Positions 50,901 to 59,900 of a stretch of DNA of 64,000 nt are shown one piece after another. A program made the position numbers and the translations under genes. Below the pieces are notes generated by a model. The model made no database searches, was not told where the DNA came from, and was given only the letters and a program-made list of their open reading frames with translations. The stretch is taken from the NCBI GenBank assembly GCA_048128005.1, contig JBEUKZ010000060.1, forward strand, positions 496,001-560,000, read 5' to 3'. Origin of the DNA: Veleropilina oligotropha (Eukaryota). The stretch's first letter is position 1. Each line of letters starts with the position of its first letter.

Positions 50901-53900
50901 ACATCTCTTACCACATAGCTCCGTGGAGCTGATGGTGAGCCATTGACAGGTGTCCGTTCCCCACATCGTATCCTTTGCAGTGGGTATATCCTGTGATATG
51001 GGTATGTCTAAAAGCGAGCCCGGGCCGGCGAGGGTAACGGGCCGTCCCTACGGGCTCTTACTACATACTACTATATCGGCATGTTAGACGCTGTGTAGTT
51101 ATACTTGAAATCAACATGCCGCAGAAAGACGTTCCCATGTTGCGCAGCGCGAAAAGTTCCCGCCGCAAGGCCCCTGCCAAGGCTCCTGCCAAGGCTCCTA
51201 CCAAGACGCCTGCCAAGGCTCCTGCCAAGGCCCCTGCCAAGGCCCCTGCCAAGGCTCCTGCCAAACGTCGTCCCTAGTCCCACCCCTGCTGTGTACACAC
51301 GGTAACTTTTTGTAATACAATCCCTACCCTGGGGTCTGGAAAGGGTGCTGGGAGCCTTAATTTCCCTCGCCGTGCCCCCACATAAAAGGTATGGTCACCC
51401 CCCCTGCTGCTGCTGGTTTTATGCCTGAAAAACTGCCCCTATTAGAGTACACTCACCCCCCCCCCCTGCTGCTGCTGGTTTTATGCCTGAAAAACTGCCC
51501 CTATTAGAGTACACTCACCCCCCCTGCTGCTCCAGGTATTGGACCCACTACTGTTCGCATTAGCGGAATCAAGCCAGTGAATTTAGAGTGGACACTCTTA
51601 CCCACTGCGCTGCCGAAGCGGCCTCTTTATTTTGTACAGTATGGATTGCTTTGAATCGATTCATAATGTCCTGTATCAGGCCTTGAAATTTCAAAATTCT
51701 GCATAACCAGTTTATCGTTCACGCCATTTTCTCCTGCGTAACCCATCTTTCGGTTACGCAAACATATTTTGCGTAACCCATTTTGTTATTGCTATACAGT
51801 TGTATTGTATATTGTATTAAAGGCAGCGGTCACTATTATCTCGTGTAATAATGCGATTTCGCGAAAACACTTTCAGCATAAATATATTTTTCTTTAATGT
51901 ACACTTCACATTTGTCATTTCTCATGACAAATGTACCATGCTTTGTAAACATGAATGGATGGAGACGCGTGTTCAGTTTATTTGTGGAGATATAGCATTA
52001 CCGAGGCTCTGTTATAAATGATTACTTCATACTGTTAATTCGAAAACCAGATATGCTTAAATAATGTCTTTTGGCGCTTAACTAGTATTTGTTATAAACA
52101 TTTAATAAAAAATGTGTCATGACCAACTAATTTGTCATTTGCGGCACGTGATAAGTTACTGTTTCATGTTCCTTCGGTGTATCGACACAATACAAAAGGG
52201 AGATAATTTCGAACTGCCACCAGGGGGCAGACATGAAAATGACTGACAGCTGACAGGATTTCCCAGTCTCTGCAGAAATGGTTTCACTTTACAAACACGT
52301 GCGCGAGTTGTTAACACATTTTATCAGATGCCACAGGAGAGGATTATTGATAAATAAACAGATAGGTACTACTCTAGAATTGATTAAATAGCGTACATTT
52401 ACCTTCATGAATAGTTAGGAATGTTCGTTAAAAGGGGAATTTATTAAATTTGTCAAGCTTATTTTGAGGTTTCATTAAAGTATATAAACGTATATTTTTC
52501 GCGCGAACGGTTTTCCGTTCGCGGGTATTTTGTTTTGCGTAACCGGTACGCGAACGAAACGATCGTTCTCGCCAATTTTCAAGGCCTGCTGTATATTTAC
52601 AACCTTCAGGTTCGATTACTGCCTGAGGAAACCTGCCCTCTCCGACCCACTGCGATTGCATAACCAAACAAATGCCATTGCTAGAACCGAGATTTGAACC
52701 TACTAATGTTAGTTAGCGCAATAAATCCAGTGATTTCAGAGTCGTCACTCTATAACGACATGACAACTTGAACGACCATTTATTTTGTAAAGTATGGTTC
52801 AATCCTTCTTTCTAATACAATAGATACCAGGATAGAATACGGAGATTTGACTATGCATGTGGAGAATGCACATGTTAACATGAACAGGCAAATCTGTTAT
52901 TATACTTACGTCCCGCTATGGCCTGCTTGAATGCAAACTTGTTTCCAAAATCATTAGTGACACTAAATCCTGAGCCGATTCGGTTTTCGATATATGCGCT
53001 GTCCACTCGCACTTGGTTGATGATATGTCCACGATACAGCTTCAACATAAAATAAACAGTTACAATTGTTGAAGATCTAGATGTTGGATCTCATGGATAA
53101 TACAATCAGGGCATTGTTTAATTAAAGAACAACTGTCAACTGATATCAACATAATTTGAAGAGTTGTCCAGAGTCTTGAATAAGAATCGGGTAGTTGGAA
53201 GATGTGTAAGTGAAGCGGATCAAAATACCTACGCGGCATGACACTCTCAGACCCAATGATTGGTCATGCTCAATGTTACTCCAACAACATTAGAGCCTGC
53301 TATAGTTCCTAATCAGACTCTAACGGCTGGGCTAACATTTCTCACTGCAGAATATTCTAATGGTGAAAATCACGGCCCGTAACTACAGTTTATCAGTTAC
53401 TTGCATTGGTATATGTTCCTTTATACCAAATAACACCGATAAGCTACTTTGGAACACAAAACGGACGGTTTTAACTTTTACAATGTAAACAAAAGACGGT
53501 CGCCATTTTGTGATGTTAGCTAGCATTTCGTTTGACAGTTAAACATTGACAAATAATGCGTTTTATCATACATTATGACAACAAAATCACTAAAAACTAA
53601 AAGGTACCGTATTTGCTCGTGTACAAGTCGACTTCACGTATAAGTCGACCCCCCAACTTTGCTGTTTGAAGCTACAACATTTTGCATGTTGCGCGTATTA
53701 GTCGACCCCCGACTTTCTGATTTCAATCGGTCGATGAAATTTCAAAACCCTATGTTGACAATAAATTGGTGTCATATTCAACATTATATCGGGACCGTTG
53801 TATCCGACCGCGTTATAGGAAAGTTGTATAATTCCATAGACGATGCGATGCAACGCAATAAAGTAACAGTACCGTCGGAGTTCATCGAATCGTATTGATA

Positions 53901-56900
53901 TGCATTGCTTAATAAACACTATACAAATGTACGTTTATAATAAAAATGTATCCGATATATGTTTATTTATAAATTATCTCATATAAATCTACGTACATGT
54001 ACTTGTTGGCAAATTTATTTTCCTTTCTGTAAATTCCCCGACAAACGACACGAGACCAATTAGCGCTTTGCTGGTGTAACGCATGGCTGCTCATTTTCAA
54101 ACGGCTATTGAGGGACTTGTTAATTGTTCCACTTTCTTTAAAGCCTGGTGATTTCATTCATTGTCGCATTAATAACTGTCAATTGTTTCAATTCCTAGTA
54201 TAATTTATTTCTCCAGTCCTACATGCAGCGCAACAAAAGCCAATCGAAAGTTACTTTCGATTATAATAGGCCAATATAGAGGGCGCTATTGCAGCCAAAC
54301 TTTAATTTGTGCACTGCCTATGTTAACTTGGGCACTGCCCATCTTTCGACGGTGCATATAACTTCGGCAAGAAGCCTCGCTTTCGTGTTTAAATATAAAC
54401 GTTTGCAACTCGCAAATTTTTGCGCACAAGCGTTTAAAAGTTCTGCTACTGTATTTGACCATAGACATATATTTAGGTCTATGATTTGACTAATGGAGGT
54501 GTGCTGCATTTTGGGCAGATTGAGATAGGACTGGGCAGTTCCGAACTTGGGCATAGTGAAAGATTGGATTCAACGCACTTCCTGCGTGTGACCTATGACA
54601 CCGCACCTGTCTAACTTCTAACAATCGGGTCTATTAATGCGCTATTATGTGTTGCTGTCGAGAGTTGAATAAAGAACACATAAGGTATTTAATTAATTGG
54701 GATTCTTATTTCATGCAATGTGTGGGGAATTACTGAAGTGTCCAAGTTGTTAATGAAATAAAACAAACAACAATGCATCCTCAAACAAAGCATTAACATC
54801 ACATCTAGGCTACACAAAACAATGTCTCGTGCGTTTGCTTTGCATGAATACCGTTAGCCACAGTTCAGAGGTCATGCATAGTAATTAGCTCTTACCACAG
54901 TCTGTGACGCTCCCTATTGGGTAAACTATATCGATAATTAACTATTTTACGTAGGTTACATATGAAATATTACTTACAGTTAGACACACTAAATTGATAA
55001 TTATAATACAACAATAATGTCTTAAACTGTTAATTTAAAAATGTACAATATGCGTATGCGAGATCAGTATTTGTTGGGTCTACAAGAACAGGGTAACAAC
55101 GGGTGCCATGTTTCATTGTTACACACGCGGACCAATTCAATGATCCGATGAATTATAATTACCGGTTAACATTAATTGCTTATTATTATGTTTTAGTGAA
55201 GACATTCTGGTAGGATAAACTTTTCTGTCTAAAGTTATAACGTAAATAAAAAAAAGTATTTGTTCAATAAAATGTTTTGAGGTTTATAATGTCGCAATTT
55301 ATCAAACAAAGTGAAAGTGCGGACATAAGTTATGATAAACTAACGTATTACAGTCTAACTTTGATATATTTCACCAGCATTCGACTAAAATCATGATATG
55401 TTGTGTGTATAAGTCGACCCCCCAACTTCGGGACTTCGAAAATGTGAAAAAATAGTCGACTTATACACGCGCAAATACGGTATGTATATATTCATGCATA
55501 TTTATACAATTTAAGTATTTACTGTTTGTTTCACTGTATTTTTATGTCTTGACCTTTTTGTAAAAAAGGACAAGACATTATCAAATGGTCCGTGTGTATA
55601 TACATATATATATATATACATATATATATATCCGTCGATTTATTTGAAAACTACCAGGTCAATTTTCACCAAAATTGGTACACACATTCCCAAGAGTATT
55701 TGTAGGTCGTGTATATAACTTTCGCGACACAATTTTGCAAAAATATGCATTTATTGAGCACTTTAATCCATATTCGTATGTAACTGATGTCTAATATTGC
55801 AAGCAAATAGCAATGACGTCATTATGACGTCGCTTTAGATTAATCGTCATTTGGTGACGTCATAGTCGATGGGGTAGTAATTTAAGCCATGAAGTACTTG
55901 CACTTAGCCATTGTATTAACTGTTATGAAAATTTGAGGGAAATAAAGAAAGGTCAAGACATATTTCGAACGCGTCGTTCTTGTTAATTAGTAACTTGCTC
56001 CAAAACCGTTCCTGACGAAATCCATCGGGAACCTGCTCGTCATAAAAGGTGCTTCGGATATATGAGGTAGGGTATGAAAGGAACGTACGTCAACCCGGTC
56101 TCATATGTTATAGGAGTAGCTCAATGTATACAGTACATCCAATGATGGAAAAATAATATGTATTTCCCATTGAACCAAGACAGATTAATTAATCAAAACA
56201 AAATAGCGTGGGCAACATTCTGTTCATAATCACTAAAACAGTGTCACTCAAATGCAAGTATTTACTTCAGGAGTTCAGGTAGTTTCACAAATTATCCTAT
56301 TACATGTAAAATGCTTAATTTGGATTAATTCTTAACGTCCCATTTTAACACTTTTCAAGGTCATACCAGCTATAGGTCATGTCAATATTTACACCTTTCA
56401 AGGTCACACCAGCTATAGGTCATGTCAATATTTACACCTTTCAAGGTCATACCAGCTATAGGTCATGTCAATATTTACACCTTTCAAGGTCATACCAGCT
56501 ATAGGTCATGTCAATATTTTCATGGGAGAAAGCCTCAGGTCACCCGCAAAAACTGTCTTCAACGGCCAGTTATGGACAACTGTCAATTATAAACAAAGTA
56601 CCAAGTTGAGTATTTGAATCAAAGTACATATATACATACCTGTTGTTTTATTTCTCTGCTGTTCTCGATGACATTTAGTTTGTTTGTACGAAAACTATGC
56701 AAAAATTGATTGGAAGGAACAAATAATGTCTTTTCTCCATCAGATCTTATCTCTTTGAGAAACTCTGGATAGGTGGACATTATGTTGTAATATGTTCTGC
56801 AATGATATCACGAATATATGTAGGCCTACAACGTATGGCATTACAAGTAAAATACATGCATTATAATTTATGTTGAAATAGTGTGAATTATTCTATCATG

Positions 56901-59900
56901 AACAATGTATGACCTGGTGGGTGCCGCTTGTATTATGTTGAAATTGTATACTTCACAGGCGTCATATTATCTGATGAGTAAAATATATATCATATTTTGT
57001 TATTGCTTACAAAAGACGACATGACGTCAAATTGTATACAAGCTTTAGAACATGTTTGAATATATTAATTAAGGTGTATGACTTGCCACTTTTTTCCAAA
57101 AAGTGCCTGAGAATCAAAATATTAATTTTATACAGCCTAACTTGTCTTAGTGTCATACCGCAGATGATCGTTCATGAGCATCGTTTCCTCAATGGAATAA
57201 TACGGGAAGTATGTCAGAGTCTCCACGATGTGAACGACCCCATTGGTCGCAGGTATGTTGGACCTTATGATTCTTGCTCGGACATTGTTGTTGACAATGT
57301 AATCTGAAAGTAAACAACGTCATTGCTAAAGTCAATGCACTTGATAAATGATAAGATATCTGCTAATTTCATATTAAAGTATATTAATTTTAAAAATAAT
57401 AATCATTTTATATAAAGTAAAGCCATCAAAATGCCGTAGCTAACACGCTTTACTGAGTTAATAAACCTGCATCAATGAATTGTCAGATAAAATTAATCAT
57501 TTGTTAAATGCCTCGATCAGAACATTTTAATTTCAAGCTTAAGCCGGGAACTCATGCATCTACCGATTTTTCCGACCAAACGAAAAATCAACTGGAAATA
57601 TCGGTAACATCGGTAGATGAGTATGTACCGCCGGACCGATTATTTCCTGTCCAGCCGGAAAAAGATCCTTGACAGGGTAAAGAAATCGCCGGCCGGTTAT
57701 TGAAGTCGACACCGATTTGCTTGTTAAGTCTTTTCAAAAGATATAGCATGAGGTCAAATTGATCTAAAATAGATTTGAAACGTCATTAGATCTGTTTATA
57801 TCGGCCGATAAAACGGTAGGCGAGCGCTCAAATCCCTACCGATGGTTACCGGACGGCTAATTAAAAACTACCAGTTACAAAATATCGGTACACGAGTTCC
57901 CGGTGTAAAGTCTGAAAAACTACCCCCTCCCAGATTAGCCCCGGGTAGATTCTGGGAGACACTGGAATCAACAAGTCCAAGGGATCAATTTGTCAAAGGG
58001 GCTTATGTCAGGGTGTCAATTATTGAAGGGGCTTATGTCTTAGGGTCTTTTGTCCAAAGGGGCTTATGACCGTATCCCTGTAATATGCGACCACTGAATG
58101 CATTATCTGAATATTAAGAATTACGGGCTATCAGCTACCAAATAAAAATATTCGTATTCAATCAGTTTTAAAAGTAAGCATTTCAAAAGCCAAATTGAAT
58201 GAGGATGAAGATTTCCTGTCAGCATATATAATCATAGCAGTCATAAAGTAATATTGATCCATATGTTAGTTAACTAAAGCGCATTACTTTATTTCTTTAC
58301 TATGATCTAAAATAATATTAAAAAATAATATAATATAAAAAATAAGTGACTTAATCTGAATATGTATCTAACAGTTCTTCCTCTAAGGCTCATGACAGTA
58401 TTTAACATTTGTGATTGAAATGTGTCGGTTAAAGATGTTTCTTCCAAAAATAATGATATTTTTATTTCACTCCACAAGACATAATATATTGTTGGTTTCA
58501 GGGGGTAGTTTCTAGGAGTAGGGGGTAGATTCTGGATGTGACCAGAATCTACCCCGGGGCAGAAACCAGAATCAACCCCAGGGTAGTTTCTGGAGACTCC
58601 CAGAATCTACCCGGGTATAACCTGAGGGGGGTATAGTCTGGGATGTTACACCGGCTTTATGTATACTCGTTGCCACGTAAGGGTGGTATATAGATTATCT
58701 ATTTACTGTCACTTACTCTCTCCATTTTCTGTCAAAATGTATATATTATTTTTCTTTGCAGCATATTTTTGTACTGTTTTTGTAACTTTGTCGAGGTATA
58801 TAACTTGGTCTGGAATGATGTGAGCTTTAACAACCTGAAAGGAGATGTACAGTATTAATTAACAGTACGTGTGCTAACAGTGATTAAACATAAGCTTATG
58901 CACCGGTCATGATTTTATCTTGTTGATATATTATGTGTCAACATGTTGCTATGGCACTTAAAGAGTTGAGCAATGTCTCATGGAGATATTCCAATAGATT
59001 GATGCCTGTAGACATTAATTTTGTGAGCAATTGTATATTATATTTCTTATCACAATATTTAGTTTAGAAATGATGTGTGACACACATCAATGTATTCTGT
59101 TTATAAACGATGTTTGACACACATCGAAGTCTTAACGCATTAGAATCTTGCATTTTGAGCGCGATGTCTAAATATAAGTGATAGAGGATACACATGCTCC
59201 CTAATATGTATGTGTTTACATTGTAACATTTTTAATTACAACGTTGGTGCAATTCTAGCTTGCTGTCCCAATGATCAGTTGATTATTTGTCATGATATGG
59301 ATATCGGGTCACACGCTGGGTGGGAAAGTGTCTTCATGGCTGATAGAAATATTGACTTTCCATGGTATTAATAAAATCTCGATAGCTTTTTAACGTGACT
59401 TTTTACAAAAATGCCTATATACAACTGGTACCGTTTCCAACATGGTGTCGTCCTGGTTGAGTAATTGAGATCATGATGGGTAATAAATGTCACTTTTTGA
59501 AAATAAAATGCTGCTATATTAACTAGTACCATTTCTAACAAGGCGCTGTCCTGGTTGAGTATGTCAGATCTTGGTGGTGGTAGCTTGTAGAAAGCATCGT
59601 TGTGTGGGACAAACACTGTAAACGTTTGGTCTGCTTGATCTAATTGAGTTGCGATGGCTTCTGTTCGAGACAGCTTGAACCTAAACATACTGCAAAAGAG
59701 AGTCACTGTTTGGGAACAACACAGAACACATGCAATGTAGAACATTTTGTAAAACATTTTTCGTACAAAGAAATTATTCTCCTTGCATTTGATTACTATT
59801 TGAAAATACCTGTAAATTCACTTTGAATCCCCTTATCAAATAAAGGTAGTTCAGATTACTAGTATGTTCAGATTGATGGATTGCTTACCTGTTTTATGAA

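Larger units (their letters stand above)
36206..51531. mobile_element. Endogenous Polinton/Maverick-like (adintovirus/PLV-related) virus, 15,326 bp
   Basis: 240-bp TIRs, termini 5'-AGCAGC...GCTGCT-3', CCAGG TSD. Integrase, packaging ATPase, capsid candidates and PolB-helicase. Dense intronless GC-rich ORFs. Confidence 0.95.
36032..51623 (-). mobile_element. tRNA-derived SINE split by the Polinton-like element (halves 36032-36205 and 51532-51623)
   Basis: The joined halves closely match the intact copy at 60082-60343. The SINE has its own 12-bp TSD tctttattttgt at 36020-36031 and 51624-51635. Confidence 0.92.

Noticed and set aside
47037..50918. + strand ORFs opposite the replicase (e.g. 49521-50393, 47823-48443)
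   Set aside because: Antisense shadows of a GC-rich coding region with no motifs.
51061..51305. GALA, GRGL and LPRL repeat ORFs in the track
   Set aside because: Alternative readings of the 12-bp repeat with non-ATG starts. The KAPA frame has an ATG and synonymous variation.
36206..51531. Bacterial prophage or contamination
   Set aside because: The element has a clean TSD inside a host SINE within a spliced gene, an rve integrase and Polinton-type termini.
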